Counted from the stretch's first letter, positions 9,388 through 19,660 are shown. The stretch is 64,000 nucleotides of DNA from Deinococcales bacterium (GCA_043778225.1 JAYWGM010000080.1:13910-77909), one strand, 5' to 3'. Notes: generated by a model from the sequence alone, not told the origin. Numbers and translations: made by a program.

Positions 9388-10650
9388 ATGAACTTACGCA
9401 AAGCGTTTGGAGTATCGTTAGCGCTCGCAGCAGGAGTTGCGGGTTTAAGTGTTTCGCAAGTCGGCGCACAAGAAAAATTACAAATGGAATTTGTGACCAC
9501 CAGTTTACAACCATTTGCCGATTTCTTTAACCCATTGGTGACAAAATACAACGCCAACAACACAGGGCAGAACCTCAAATGGACCGACTTGCCACAAGCT
9601 GCAATTCAACAAAAAGTCTTATCTGGGGTAGCGGCAGGGAATCCACCCAACGCGGTACAAATGAACAGCACCCAAATTCTAGAGCTTGCCCAACAAGGCG
9701 CACTCGAGAACCTGAGTAGCTTATTAGACACAAAAACCCTTAATGTCTACCAAAAACAGGCTTTAGCCGCTTTTACTTTTGATGGCAAGGTCTATGGTCT
9801 ACCCGATTATGCCAGCCCACGGATTATTTTATTTAACCGCGACATCTTGAAAAAAGCAGGTTTGGATGGACAAGAACTGCCACGTACCCAAGGTGGTGTG
9901 ATTGCTTGGGCAAAAATTATTGCCGAAAAGGCTGGCGTATTTGGTTTCTCGCCACTGATTGCCAATGCCGATATTCTCAAAGTCTTCCAAGAAGAAGGCT
10001 TACCACTTTTTAGCAACGACCGCAAAAAAGCCGTCTTTAATAGCTCAGCCCATGTGGCACTGTTGCAAAAATACATGGACTTACGCAAGAGCAATGTCTT
10101 TAGCGAAGAAAGCATGAAAGGCATTGGCGCAAGTTATAACCTTTATACCGCCGGTAAGCTCGGAATGTGCATCGTTGGCATCACCTTTGTGCCGCGTTTA
10201 GCCACCGATTCCCCAGCGATTTTCAAAACCACCGCGATTGCCGCTAACCCGATTGCGGCTGGACAGATTACCCAAGCCAGCACCTTTGCATATGCTGTCC
10301 CAAGTGGTACAAAAAACCCCAAAGCCAGCGCCACCTTGGCTGCTTGGCTGACCAACGACGACAACCAATTGGCATTTGCCGTGCGCGTCAAAACCGTTTT
10401 CCCAACCACCGTCAAAGCGGCTCGAGACCCATTCTTTACCAGTGGTAAAAACAGCACCGATTTGGTCGAACAAGCCCGATTTGCAGGTTCGCAAACCATG
10501 AAAAGCGCCAAAGAATTAACCCCAGTTGTCCCCAACGCCAGCACACTCAATAAAGCTGTTAAGGACAACATCGAAGCTGCAATTTTTGGACAAAAAACCG
10601 CTAAACAAGCCCTTGATGCGGCGGTCGCCATCTGGAACGCCAACCTCTAA
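9388..10650 (+). CDS. Sugar ABC transporter substrate-binding protein
   Basis: Signal peptide; AAGNPPN, DGKVYGLP, FNRDILKKAG, KTAKQALDAA; GGAGG RBS. Confidence 0.9.
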   Translation: MNLRKAFGVSLALAAGVAGLSVSQVGAQEKLQMEFVTTSLQPFADFFNPLVTKYNANNTGQNLKWTDLPQAAIQQKVLSGVAAGNPPNAVQMNSTQILELAQQGALENLSSLLDTKTLNVYQKQALAAFTFDGKVYGLPDYASPRIILFNRDILKKAGLDGQELPRTQGGVIAWAKIIAEKAGVFGFSPLIANADILKVFQEEGLPLFSNDRKKAVFNSSAHVALLQKYMDLRKSNVFSEESMKGIGASYNLYTAGKLGMCIVGITFVPRLATDSPAIFKTTAIAANPIAAGQITQASTFAYAVPSGTKNPKASATLAAWLTNDDNQLAFAVRVKTVFPTTVKAARDPFFTSGKNSTDLVEQARFAGSQTMKSAKELTPVVPNASTLNKAVKDNIEAAIFGQKTAKQALDAAVAIWNANL

Positions 10651-10663
10651 ACCCTAGGCTCGA

Positions 10664-10691
10664 GAAAATCCCTGCACAAGCGGGGGTTTTT
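10664..10691. terminator. Terminator after the SBP gene
   Basis: GAAAATCCCTGCACAAGCGGGGGTTTTT. Confidence 0.55.
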
Positions 10692-11715
10692 ATATTTTGA
10701 TAACTTGCCCTTCGGCAGCCCGAAAGAGTCGGTCGTTCAAGGCTCTGCCCAAGCCGATATTCTCAAACTGATGCGCCAAAATATGGGTGCAACCCGCACG
10801 GTCAAGGCTTCGCATTCCAGCAAAGAGTTTAGCGGCAATGCTCGAGAAATTAGAACCCAAATCAAACTGTTTAGCCCGAATACTGGACAGCGACTCGAGG
10901 CTAGAACTGGGCAGCAACAAACCGAGTTTTTGGTGCTGGTACATTTTAGCAGTCTCGAGTAACCCAACCGAATGCTCGAGCAGCAGCAGCTTGGCTTTGG
11001 GGCTGTAATGCTTTAGGAGCATCCCGGGGGCTGGTTGCCGTGTACGCTCCTCGAGAACCGACTCAAAAGGCAGCAGCACCGTTCCAATCAGGGCTTCGAT
11101 GTCCTCGAGCGCCACACCACCCGGACGCAATAAGGTTGGCGCTCCAAGCAGACTCAGCACCGTGCTTTCTAAGCCAATTCGTGCTTCTCCACCATCCAGA
11201 ATGGCATCTATTCGCCCATCCAAATCCTCGAGTACCATGGCAGCATTGGTCGGTGAAGGACGTGAGAATAAATTGGCACTGGGCGCAGCAATCGGCACAC
11301 TTGCTGCCGTAAGCAAGGCTTGTGCCACCGCATGGGCTGGCACTCGAGCCGCAACGCTGTTGCCGCCAGCCGTGACCTCGAGCGGCACAATTTTTGTTTT
11401 TGGCAATACCAGTGTTAAAGCGCCCGGCATAAATTGTTGGGCAAGGCTCGAGACCAGGCTTTCTATCCCATCTAAGCAGGCAATGCTCGAGAATTGACTG
11501 GCATCCTCGAGGTGTAAAATTAATGGGTCTGAACTTGGGCGTTTTTTAGCAAAAAAGATTTTTTGTACGGCGCTCGAGTCTAAACCGTTTGCGCCTAAGC
11601 CGTAGACTGTTTCGGTTGGAAATGCCACCAAGCCACCCGATTGAATGATTTTAGCCGCCTCGAGTATGGCTGTGGCTTGGGGGTTTGTGGCACTGACGCT
11701 TAAAATTTGGGTCAT
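10690..11715 (-). CDS. tsaC: L-threonylcarbamoyladenylate synthase (Sua5-type)
   Basis: VAFPTETVYGLGAN, AAPSANLFSRPSPT, APGMLLKHYSP, C-terminal SUA5 domain. Confidence 0.95.
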   Translation of the reverse strand: MTQILSVSATNPQATAILEAAKIIQSGGLVAFPTETVYGLGANGLDSSAVQKIFFAKKRPSSDPLILHLEDASQFSSIACLDGIESLVSSLAQQFMPGALTLVLPKTKIVPLEVTAGGNSVAARVPAHAVAQALLTAASVPIAAPSANLFSRPSPTNAAMVLEDLDGRIDAILDGGEARIGLESTVLSLLGAPTLLRPGGVALEDIEALIGTVLLPFESVLEERTRQPAPGMLLKHYSPKAKLLLLEHSVGLLETAKMYQHQKLGLLLPSSSLESLSSIRAKQFDLGSNFSSIAAKLFAGMRSLDRAGCTHILAHQFENIGLGRALNDRLFRAAEGQVIKI

Positions 11716-11797
11716 ATCAACGCCAGATGCTCCTTGAGCAAAATGTCTAACTTGACCATCAGCGCTTTGGATTGCGCTGCAAATCAGCGACCATATG

Positions 11798-14700
11798 TTA
11801 TTTTAGCACAGCTTTTGTCGTGGGTTTACGCCCAGCCACCAATGTTTTGGTCAGTGCCGTAAAACCAATTTCATTGCCCGTCGCCAAAAGTTTTGCCTGT
11901 TCTGCCCATGTAGACTGGCTTGGCGCAAGTCGGATTTTAGCAGACTCGAGGGCGGCTTTTAAGGCTTGGGCATCGGTCGCCGCTAAACTCGAGAAGGTCG
12001 TGATGCCCGAGGCAACCAAGGCAGCCGCGATTTTTGGACCTATTCCTTCGATTCGGGCTAAATCGTCCACATCAGCTATTTTTGCTTTGGCTGATTTAGC
12101 AATACCCTTAGCTTTAGCAACAGTCGGTTTTGTGCTGACTTTGGTTTTTGTAGTAACCAGAACCGATTTTCTTGACTTTGAGGGCTGGGTTACGACCACT
12201 TTAGATTTCACTGTTTTGACTGGTTTTTCTATCTTTTCTTTGCTTGGCTTTGTTGTTTCAAAGTCAAGGCAATACCCGTTTTGAATCACCATTTTCTCGG
12301 TTTTCTCGAGTAATTTTACTTGGCTTGAGCCTCGGCTGGCGCTTTCTACAAAAGCAGCAAAGGCTTCGGCATGAACATAGCGTTTGTCCTCGAAGGTATT
12401 TAAGCCAATTGCCATAACCGCATTGACATCTGCCAGTAAAATTTTGAAAATTGCGGCACTGGTTTTAGCCGTCTCGAGGGCTTCGTGGGTGGTTACCAAA
12501 AGTAAGACTCGAGCCGCGCTCCGACCTGCGTTACCATTGCTGGTGTCACGAAAGGCTCGAGTCAGTTGACGCGCCAGCAGCCATTCATCGGCTATTTTTT
12601 GTGGCGTTTGCTCGGTCAGCATGGCTACCCGCCTGATGGTTATCAATGCCATCTGTTCAAGGGCTGCTTCAGAAGTGCTGCACACCAATTGCTCGAGGTC
12701 AGCCCGAAGCCCAACCGCAAACATTGCCCCCGCCAAATCCTTTTTGCTGTGGGCTTCAATGCCATCGGCTAAAGACTTGGCTTTGGCTTCAAGCTCGCCA
12801 TACAAAACTGCACTTGGCTCGAGCAGCGCCCGAGCGGTACTTGAATTGATCAAGTCATTCCACGGGGTCAGGATTTTCTCGAGGTAGAGTTCCTGAACGG
12901 CTGTTTTGATGTCTTCAACACCGCGCCCACCGAGCATTTGCTCGAGACGAGCATACCGCCCATCCGAATCGGTAATTTCGTACCAGCCAAGCAGCACCGC
13001 CCGACCATACGCCCCAAGTTGCACAGAAAAACCATCTTGATTGATTCTGGCACTATTTTTAATATACTCGAGACCCGAAACGTTATCGCGGTAAATTGCA
13101 AAGTGGTTACTTTGGCTCGAGAGTTGCAGCGCTTCGGCAATGCCCGATTGGCGTTCGCTGTACAAACACGAATTGATCGTGACATTAGCAAAATGAGTCG
13201 AGTTGTTGTAAAAGACCAATGCCCGTTCGCTACCAGCCCGATTTGAAAACGCAAAGACATGATCGTGGGTCACTTCAAACAGCGCAAAATGTTCGACTTC
13301 GGCAAATAAATAACGCTTTTTTAAGAGCGGGAAAATCTGAGTTTCATGGTGTGCCATAAAGCCCAAATCTGGTTTTTCGTCGTAGTACGCCCGTTGGTAC
13401 TCCATGCCGTATTTTTCGGTGTAGCCCTCGACTTGCCCATGCCCAAGCATTGGCAGCCCCGGTAAGGTGGCGCAAAGCGTCATGATGCCAAAATATTTAT
13501 CGGTTTTACCAAATTGCTCGACGGCAGTTTTTTCGTCGGGGTTACTTAAAAAATTAACATAGCGCTTCAAAATTTCTGGCTCAAACTCGAGTGTATTTTT
13601 AATCACCTCGCGGTACTCAGCATTGCGTTCATCGCGCAGCATGACCATAAACGCCGAATTATAGACACGGTGCATCCCCAAGGTGCGGACAAAATAGCCC
13701 TCCATCATCCAGAAGGCTTCTGCCAAAAGCAAGGTATCTGGCACTTCGGTAGCAGCACGGTCTACCACTTCACGCCAGAATTCGTTGGGCATGATGCGAT
13801 CAAATTCTTCTCGAGTCATGCCGTACTCGCTTCTCGAGGCGATGCCTTCGCCCGAACCCGGCTCTGGAAACCAAAGGCGTTTAATGTGGCGCTTGGCGAG
13901 GGTCATGGCAGCATCAAAGCGAATAATCGGGAATTGCCGCGCCACCCGAAAAATTGTTTGAATCACGGCTTCTCGAGCGGCTGGATTGATATAATCAAGT
14001 TGTGCTGTATCGTTCCAAGGCAGGCTCGTACCGTCGTTGCCGTGGTAAATAATTCGAGTCTCACCATTCTGACCAACGTACTTAAAGGTCACGGCAGCAT
14101 CGGATTTATCGTAATAATGATCCTCGAGAAAAACCTGCATTCGGCTATCGGCGCTTAAATTCTGCGAGGTGTAGCTATAACTCGGGTACGGCGAAGTTGG
14201 GCGCTGCAAAAACCAGTCAGGGTGTTCTGCCATCCATTTGCTGTCAATGCCGGTATGATTGGGAACCATATCCGAAGCCATGCGAATCCCAACCCGCCAA
14301 GCTCGAGTTTTCAGGTTCTCGAGGGCTGGCTCACCGCCAAGCGCGACCGCAATGCTGTAATCCCAAAGGCTATAGGCACTGGCAACCGCATCTGGGTTGC
14401 CCATGCGGTGTTTAATTTCTTTGCTGGCTTGGCTGCGTTCCCACAAACCAATCAGCCATAGCCCAGTAATCCCCCAACGCGCCATGTTCTCGAGTTCGGC
14501 ATCTGGGATTTGGTCTAACGTGCGAATTTGGCGGTTGTACTGCTTACTCAGTTGGTCAAGCCAGACAAAAGCATTTTTTGCGATTAAGACCACCCGAGGC
14601 ATCCAATTCTGGTCGAGCGTAAAGGCTTCGGGTTCGTCCTCGAGCATCTGGCGTGAAACTGTACGAATTTGCGCTTCGGCTTTGAATTCTGCACCACCAC

Positions 14701-15478
14701 CATCAAAGTCCCGCACATTCTGCGCCACAAAAAAACGGGCTTCTTCGGCAAATAAATCTAAGCCACCACGCAATTTAAGTTCTAAAGTCGCAAAACGCCC
14801 GGCTGTACCACGGCGCTCAAAGACCCCACCAAAACGCCCCATCAACGACCGCAATTGCGTCTCGAGTGAATCTGGGTGCTGCATCGCGGGCAAGCGCAAG
14901 GCTTTCCAAAGGCTTGTGCCACCAAAACTGGGTTGACCCTCCAAAAAAGACTCAAGGCTCGAGATAACACTGCGGTAAGCACTCGAAGAAGCAATCACTT
15001 CATCCTCGAACAAATCTTTATAGGGCATAAAAGCGGGGTTGTTGTTCTCGAGCCAGAGCAGCAGCATTTCCTCGAGCAGAATTTCTTTGTTGGCAGGCAA
15101 AGCCAAGTAATCCTCGAGTGTTTGCTTATTTTGGTAAACCGCCGTCGGTGGGAATTCTTGGGCGAAGCGCGTCAGCGTTGCATCCAAACGTTCGCCGTAC
15201 TGCGCTCCCAATGCCTCAAGCGCCTCTTGCCAAAGCCTTGGCGCATGGTTCTCGCGGTACTCGAGCAGCAGACCATGCAGCACCTCGTCTATCAAGCCCA
15301 TGGCGTTGATGTCGCCGGCTCTGGCATTGCGCCCCGGTGTGACCGCATTGAGGGCGGCAGCAAAACGCCGCGCCGCCGCGAAGTCGGCAAAAATCACCCG
15401 TCCAGAGGTGGTGAACAGCGCCGCATCAAAATTATGGCGGTCACGGACGGAGCGCAGGATATGTAGCTCGAGATTCAT
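11798..15478 (-). CDS. Large GH13 alpha-amylase family protein with Lys-rich linker and C-terminal HhH domain
   Basis: DMVPNH, IRFDAAM, LLAEAFW, NPDE catalytic motifs; DDLARIEGIGPKIA HhH. Confidence 0.85.
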   Translation of the reverse strand: MNLELHILRSVRDRHNFDAALFTTSGRVIFADFAAARRFAAALNAVTPGRNARAGDINAMGLIDEVLHGLLLEYRENHAPRLWQEALEALGAQYGERLDATLTRFAQEFPPTAVYQNKQTLEDYLALPANKEILLEEMLLLWLENNNPAFMPYKDLFEDEVIASSSAYRSVISSLESFLEGQPSFGGTSLWKALRLPAMQHPDSLETQLRSLMGRFGGVFERRGTAGRFATLELKLRGGLDLFAEEARFFVAQNVRDFDGGGAEFKAEAQIRTVSRQMLEDEPEAFTLDQNWMPRVVLIAKNAFVWLDQLSKQYNRQIRTLDQIPDAELENMARWGITGLWLIGLWERSQASKEIKHRMGNPDAVASAYSLWDYSIAVALGGEPALENLKTRAWRVGIRMASDMVPNHTGIDSKWMAEHPDWFLQRPTSPYPSYSYTSQNLSADSRMQVFLEDHYYDKSDAAVTFKYVGQNGETRIIYHGNDGTSLPWNDTAQLDYINPAAREAVIQTIFRVARQFPIIRFDAAMTLAKRHIKRLWFPEPGSGEGIASRSEYGMTREEFDRIMPNEFWREVVDRAATEVPDTLLLAEAFWMMEGYFVRTLGMHRVYNSAFMVMLRDERNAEYREVIKNTLEFEPEILKRYVNFLSNPDEKTAVEQFGKTDKYFGIMTLCATLPGLPMLGHGQVEGYTEKYGMEYQRAYYDEKPDLGFMAHHETQIFPLLKKRYLFAEVEHFALFEVTHDHVFAFSNRAGSERALVFYNNSTHFANVTINSCLYSERQSGIAEALQLSSQSNHFAIYRDNVSGLEYIKNSARINQDGFSVQLGAYGRAVLLGWYEITDSDGRYARLEQMLGGRGVEDIKTAVQELYLEKILTPWNDLINSSTARALLEPSAVLYGELEAKAKSLADGIEAHSKKDLAGAMFAVGLRADLEQLVCSTSEAALEQMALITIRRVAMLTEQTPQKIADEWLLARQLTRAFRDTSNGNAGRSAARVLLLVTTHEALETAKTSAAIFKILLADVNAVMAIGLNTFEDKRYVHAEAFAAFVESASRGSSQVKLLEKTEKMVIQNGYCLDFETTKPSKEKIEKPVKTVKSKVVVTQPSKSRKSVLVTTKTKVSTKPTVAKAKGIAKSAKAKIADVDDLARIEGIGPKIAAALVASGITTFSSLAATDAQALKAALESAKIRLAPSQSTWAEQAKLLATGNEIGFTALTKTLVAGRKPTTKAVLK

Positions 15479-15628
15479 GAGAGCAGGATACCACAGTGCT
15501 TAAACGCGTTTGAAACCGTTACGTTTTTGGCGTACAAAAGCCAAGTATCAAAAAAGTATAGCTTGGCACGCCACACCAAAGCTCATCACAAGCTCGAGTA
15601 TCGTATGCCAATATCATTTGAATAAATT

Positions 15629-15733
15629 TTACTTGCCACCAGCAACACTAGGAAGACCATTAGCCAGTGCAAATTGCGTGACAGCCATTGCCAAGACAAT
15701 CAAACGAAAACCAATTAAACGTACTTTTTTCAT
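15629..15733 (-). CDS. Small secreted peptide precursor, 34 aa: MKKVRLIGFRLIVLAMAVTQFALA-NGLPSVAGGK
   Basis: GGAGG RBS about 5 nt upstream of ATG 15733; MKK plus hydrophobic core plus A-x-A cleavage site; divergent from a TPR-BTAD regulator. Confidence 0.75.
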   Translation of the reverse strand: MKKVRLIGFRLIVLAMAVTQFALANGLPSVAGGK

Positions 15734-15823
15734 ACAAACCTCCAGAGTTTGTGAAGCTCCGTTAGTTTGTGCTAACCTCAGTGAGAAGCTGTCTGTCCAA
15801 ATCAACAAAAACGGTGAAAGACT

Positions 15824-17761
15824 GTGATTTACGAACCCAATCCGATCCTCGAGTGCTACCTCAGTGACCAATTTGACCTTGGCATCGAGACTTTTGATTT
15901 GCTCGAGACCGCAACACCGCTCGACTTACTTTGGGTTGGGCAGTGCCATTTTGGGCTTGACCACCATGTCGAAGCCCTCCATTATTTTTATCAAGCCAGC
16001 GCTCGAGGATATGTCGAGGGAACAATTTTTGCCTCAACTGTTTTGCGCTTTATTGGCAGCCACCAATTAGCCAATCAACTGCTGGCACAGGTCATGCACA
16101 AAGACCTTTCGGTATTTGGTCAGGCGGCTTGGTACAGAGAAAATGGTCTGCAATTGGTCGCAATGCGCCATTTTGCCTTGGCAATTCCAGAACTTGAACA
16201 GGCTTGGCGAATTGCCAGTGCCGACCCCATAGGGCAGCGTTTACTGGCTCGCTATTCGCAAAGTCTGGCTTTAGCACTGCTCGAGATTGGACGCGACCAA
16301 AACGCCTTGAAATACCTCAACTTGGCAATTAATCCAAAAAAACCGAATCCCGATTTACTTGTACTACGAAGTTCTGCTCTTGCTTACAGTGGTGAATTTA
16401 CCAAAGCCAAAGCAGACCTCGAGCAATTTCGTCAACTGGTTTCAGGTTCTCAGTCCACTTGGACTCATTTGGTTCATGGTTTTATCGCACGCTGTCAAGG
16501 TTTAATCGAACAAGCTACAACCATCTACCTTGAAACCGCCTCGAGTGCCAAAACCCTAGGCGAATGGGAAACCGAATTCTATGCCGAGGTCGCCTTGTGT
16601 GCCTTACTCACCGAACAAGGCAGTTACCACGTTGCCCAAGCACACCTGTCCAGAGCGCATGGGGTTATTCCTTTGCCGCGTGAAGATTTTGCGGTTCACG
16701 AAGCCATGATTGCCATGCGTCATGCTGCCCTACAAACATCCCAAGGCAATAAAGAGGCAATCAACACGCTCCAGCACGTCGCCCTCATCCTTGGACAGCG
16801 AAAACTCGAGCGCGAACTTGGCATTGCCGAACTGCACTTGTCCGAAGCCTATTTTTATAACAACCAGCAACAAGCAGGATTATCAGCTTTGGCTCGAGCC
16901 ATTCATTTGCGTCATGCGGTTGGCAGCCAAGCCTATTTTGCCCTTGAATTACGCGCCTTGCCTCATGTTTTCCAGACCGTTTGCGGCTTGAGAATTCGAG
17001 GCACAGATGTTTTCTACCAAGATTGGCAAACCCTAGAACGCCAAAGCCCACACGAAGTACAACTGACGACCCTAGGAGATTATTCGATTCGGCTCAATGG
17101 ACAAGTCGTTAAACTTGATTCTGGCACAGCCAAAGCAGTCGAATTTCTGGCGTACTTACTCGAGGCTGGCGAATCGCGTTTAGACCAGATGATTAGCGAA
17201 ATTTTTGATTCTGGCTCGCACAGCACCGCCCGTAATCGTATTCATAAGTTACGTGAATCAATCGCTCGGCAAATACCCGGCTTAATTGTTCCGCATAACA
17301 AAGAACGCAATACCTATCACCTCGAGCCAGTCGGTGTGCGTTTGCGCTGGGATGTGCGCGAACTCCGCAAAGCCCTCGAACAGGGTGGTGTGACTGGAAT
17401 GCAGCGCGTACTTTCGATGTACACAGGAGCATTCTTACCGCGCAGCGAAACCCAATGGGCAGAACAGACGCGCTTTGAACTTGAATTGAGCATTACCGAA
17501 GTTGGTCTTGAAACCCTCAACGAACTCTTTAAGCTCGAGCGCTTTGATGAGTGCTTACGATTAGCCGAACGACTGGCACAGATTGCCAACATGAGTCTTG
17601 GAATTCAACTGCTGCTCTTAAAAGCCACGATTCGGGTACACGGGGCAATTGCGGCTCGAGAACGACTCTTAAAAATAGACCCCATCATCCAAAACGATTT
17701 GCGAACCCTTCCAGAATTGCAATTTGAATTTCGCAACGCAGAGCGCGAATTTTTGAATTAA
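15824..17761 (+). CDS. Regulator with N-terminal TPR repeats and C-terminal wHTH/BTAD (SARP-like) region
   Basis: Helical repeats; LTTLG...LNGQ, KAVEFLAYLLE, WDVREL, YTGAFLPRSETQWAEQTR. Confidence 0.85.
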   Translation: MIYEPNPILECYLSDQFDLGIETFDLLETATPLDLLWVGQCHFGLDHHVEALHYFYQASARGYVEGTIFASTVLRFIGSHQLANQLLAQVMHKDLSVFGQAAWYRENGLQLVAMRHFALAIPELEQAWRIASADPIGQRLLARYSQSLALALLEIGRDQNALKYLNLAINPKKPNPDLLVLRSSALAYSGEFTKAKADLEQFRQLVSGSQSTWTHLVHGFIARCQGLIEQATTIYLETASSAKTLGEWETEFYAEVALCALLTEQGSYHVAQAHLSRAHGVIPLPREDFAVHEAMIAMRHAALQTSQGNKEAINTLQHVALILGQRKLERELGIAELHLSEAYFYNNQQQAGLSALARAIHLRHAVGSQAYFALELRALPHVFQTVCGLRIRGTDVFYQDWQTLERQSPHEVQLTTLGDYSIRLNGQVVKLDSGTAKAVEFLAYLLEAGESRLDQMISEIFDSGSHSTARNRIHKLRESIARQIPGLIVPHNKERNTYHLEPVGVRLRWDVRELRKALEQGGVTGMQRVLSMYTGAFLPRSETQWAEQTRFELELSITEVGLETLNELFKLERFDECLRLAERLAQIANMSLGIQLLLLKATIRVHGAIAARERLLKIDPIIQNDLRTLPELQFEFRNAEREFLN

Positions 17762-17784
17762 AAAAGGTTTGGTAGACTCGTGGA

Positions 17785-18387
17785 ATGAAAATAAAAAATA
17801 TCCTTGAGCATTGGGGCATCAGTGTTGAAGAACTCAGCACCGCCATTCTCGAGAACGGCAGCTTACGTGGCATGGTTTTTGGTTATGTTGCCGAAATCAA
17901 ATTGCGTCAATTACTCGAGCAAAACCCGTTGGTCAGTTTAATTGTCAAAGACAACGACCATGACCGTACTCGAAAAGCAGATTTACGAATTCGATACCGC
18001 GATGTTGAATTTCGGCTCGAGAGTAAATCGTTGCAAACCAATTCGATTAAAAAATTACCTGACGGCACTTTTACTGGCAAAACCCAAGTGGACGGCAGTG
18101 ACCGACGCTTGGTACGCTTTGCCGATGGCTCAAGTCTCGAGACAATCTTATTATTGCCAAATCAGTTTGACGTGCTGGCGGTCAATTGTTTTGCTTTCGA
18201 GGATACGTGGTACTGGTTATTCGCTCGTAATTCAGATTTACCACGCTCGAGTTTTAAGCGTTATACCCCCGAGCAGCAGCGAGGTTTACTGGCTTCGCTG
18301 GTAGAGGTGCATAAGCCAGCCCGAGGGGTTTTTAGTGATGATTTATTTGTCTTGCTCGACCAAATGATGGCTGACGGTCACGGTTGA
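17785..18387 (+). CDS. Putative type II restriction endonuclease (PD-(D/E)xK)
   Basis: GYVAE...KAD...LESKS motif; convergent with and overlapping an MTase gene. Confidence 0.7.
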   Translation: MKIKNILEHWGISVEELSTAILENGSLRGMVFGYVAEIKLRQLLEQNPLVSLIVKDNDHDRTRKADLRIRYRDVEFRLESKSLQTNSIKKLPDGTFTGKTQVDGSDRRLVRFADGSSLETILLLPNQFDVLAVNCFAFEDTWYWLFARNSDLPRSSFKRYTPEQQRGLLASLVEVHKPARGVFSDDLFVLLDQMMADGHG

Positions 18388-19187
18388 AGATGAACAATAC
18401 TCGAGATTTTGGTTTTAACTTTCTGGAATACCAAAAAGTAAGAATGGTTTTTTCGGGCATGAACCTGAGTTTTCAAGCGGCTAATGCTTGGGCGGTTTGG
18501 GCGCACAAGCACAAACAAATCTTTACTGTACAAACCCATTGATTCATAAGCACTGATAATTTCGACATGGGTCAGGCGTTGTTTATTAGCACTGACTTCA
18601 TCTTGGCATTTAACAATCAGCATCCCACCCATTTTCAAGACACGGTTGGCTTCACGCCCAGCTTTGATGTACATATCTATCACGGCTTCGTGCCACTTTG
18701 GCTCGCCCTGAGTTTGGGCTTGTCCACTCGAGTAACTACGCCGAAAAGCAGCGTGGCTTCCGCCCCCTGCAAGCTGTTCGACATCACGACGGTACAGTCC
18801 TTCCATATAGGGTGGGTCAAGGATAATTGCATCGAGCGAACCTGTTTGGTACGGTAAATCACGACAATCTACGCCATTTTGAATTTCGATTTGATGAACC
18901 AAGTCTCGAGTATTTTTTGCTTCAATATCCGAGAAAAACAGTTGATATTTCTGAACTGGGATTCGTTGCCAAAAGACACCTTTCCCGTAGGTCACATCAG
19001 CAATTTTACTGCCACCGGGCAAGTGCAATTCGGCGATTTCGGCAAACATTTCGGCATTCCCTGTTGTGGCTGCTGATAAAATGAGATCGCTGCTGGACTT
19101 TCCACCTTGAATCCGTTTTGAGCCTGATTTTGGTATGGTAGTCGTTACAAGCTCAGTTTGACCAAAAAGTTCGGATTGCCGATTCAT
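18378..19187 (-). CDS. Amino (m4C/m6A) DNA methyltransferase
   Basis: DVTYGKG (motif I variant) precedes the DPPY catalytic motif; [15 protein letters not shown]. Confidence 0.85.
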   Translation of the reverse strand: MNRQSELFGQTELVTTTIPKSGSKRIQGGKSSSDLILSAATTGNAEMFAEIAELHLPGGSKIADVTYGKGVFWQRIPVQKYQLFFSDIEAKNTRDLVHQIEIQNGVDCRDLPYQTGSLDAIILDPPYMEGLYRRDVEQLAGGGSHAAFRRSYSSGQAQTQGEPKWHEAVIDMYIKAGREANRVLKMGGMLIVKCQDEVSANKQRLTHVEIISAYESMGLYSKDLFVLVRPNRPSISRLKTQVHARKNHSYFLVFQKVKTKISSIVHLQP

Positions 19188-19195
19188 ACCCTATA

Positions 19196-19212
19196 CTCTA
19201 CTTAAAGTAGAG
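19196..19212. promoter_or_regulatory. Palindromic operator between the divergent MTase and HTH genes
   Basis: CTCTACTT-A-AAGTAGAG, overlapping the TAGAGT -10-like box of the MTase. Confidence 0.65.
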
Positions 19213-19226
19213 CAATGTGTCAAGCC

Positions 19227-19475
19227 ATGAAACCAAAAACCCTAAGAATTCAAGTCACCCTACGCCAACACCTCGAGCAAATTGGGGTCAGTGCTTATAT
19301 GCTCGGAAAAATGACAAATCAAGTCAGCCCACAAACCATTTATGCGATTGCTAACGGTAGCCGAAAACCGAGTCTAGAAGCGCTAGAAGCCATATTGAAT
19401 GCTCTTCATCAACAGGGTTTTAGTACCACACTCGAAGATTTAATCTTTGTTGAATCTGAACCGTTTAATCCCTAA
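19227..19475 (+). CDS. XRE/Cro HTH regulator (possible R-M controller)
   Basis: VSAYMLGK...VSPQTIYAIANGSRKPSLEALEAIL. Confidence 0.85.
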   Translation: MKPKTLRIQVTLRQHLEQIGVSAYMLGKMTNQVSPQTIYAIANGSRKPSLEALEAILNALHQQGFSTTLEDLIFVESEPFNP

Positions 19476-19654
19476 ACTTTTGCAAGGCTTAAAATTTGTA
19501 ATTCGACTTGTTTGATTAACTCTGCCACGGCAATCTGCTCAACTTTCCAAGGCGCTTGAGTTTCTATACTGTGCCAAGACTCGAGTATAGATTCCCGTGT
19601 TTCGGCTGCCATACTTGGATGGCTCAAGATTTGCAAGACCAAACAAATTTTCAA
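19472..19654 (-). pseudogene. Small ORF resembling the C-terminal tail of an NB-ARC/TPR regulator
   Basis: LQILSHPSMAAETRE resembles LQTVFEHPNTSAETKQ at the end of the upstream protein. Confidence 0.4.
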
Positions 19655-19660
19655 GACGAT

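Noticed and set aside
9388..10650. Orphan sugar-binding protein without permeases
   Set aside because: Scattered ABC components are ordinary
17785..19187. This R-M system as the cause of CTCGAG enrichment
   Set aside because: Specificity cannot be read from the sequence, and restriction sites are usually avoided rather than enriched
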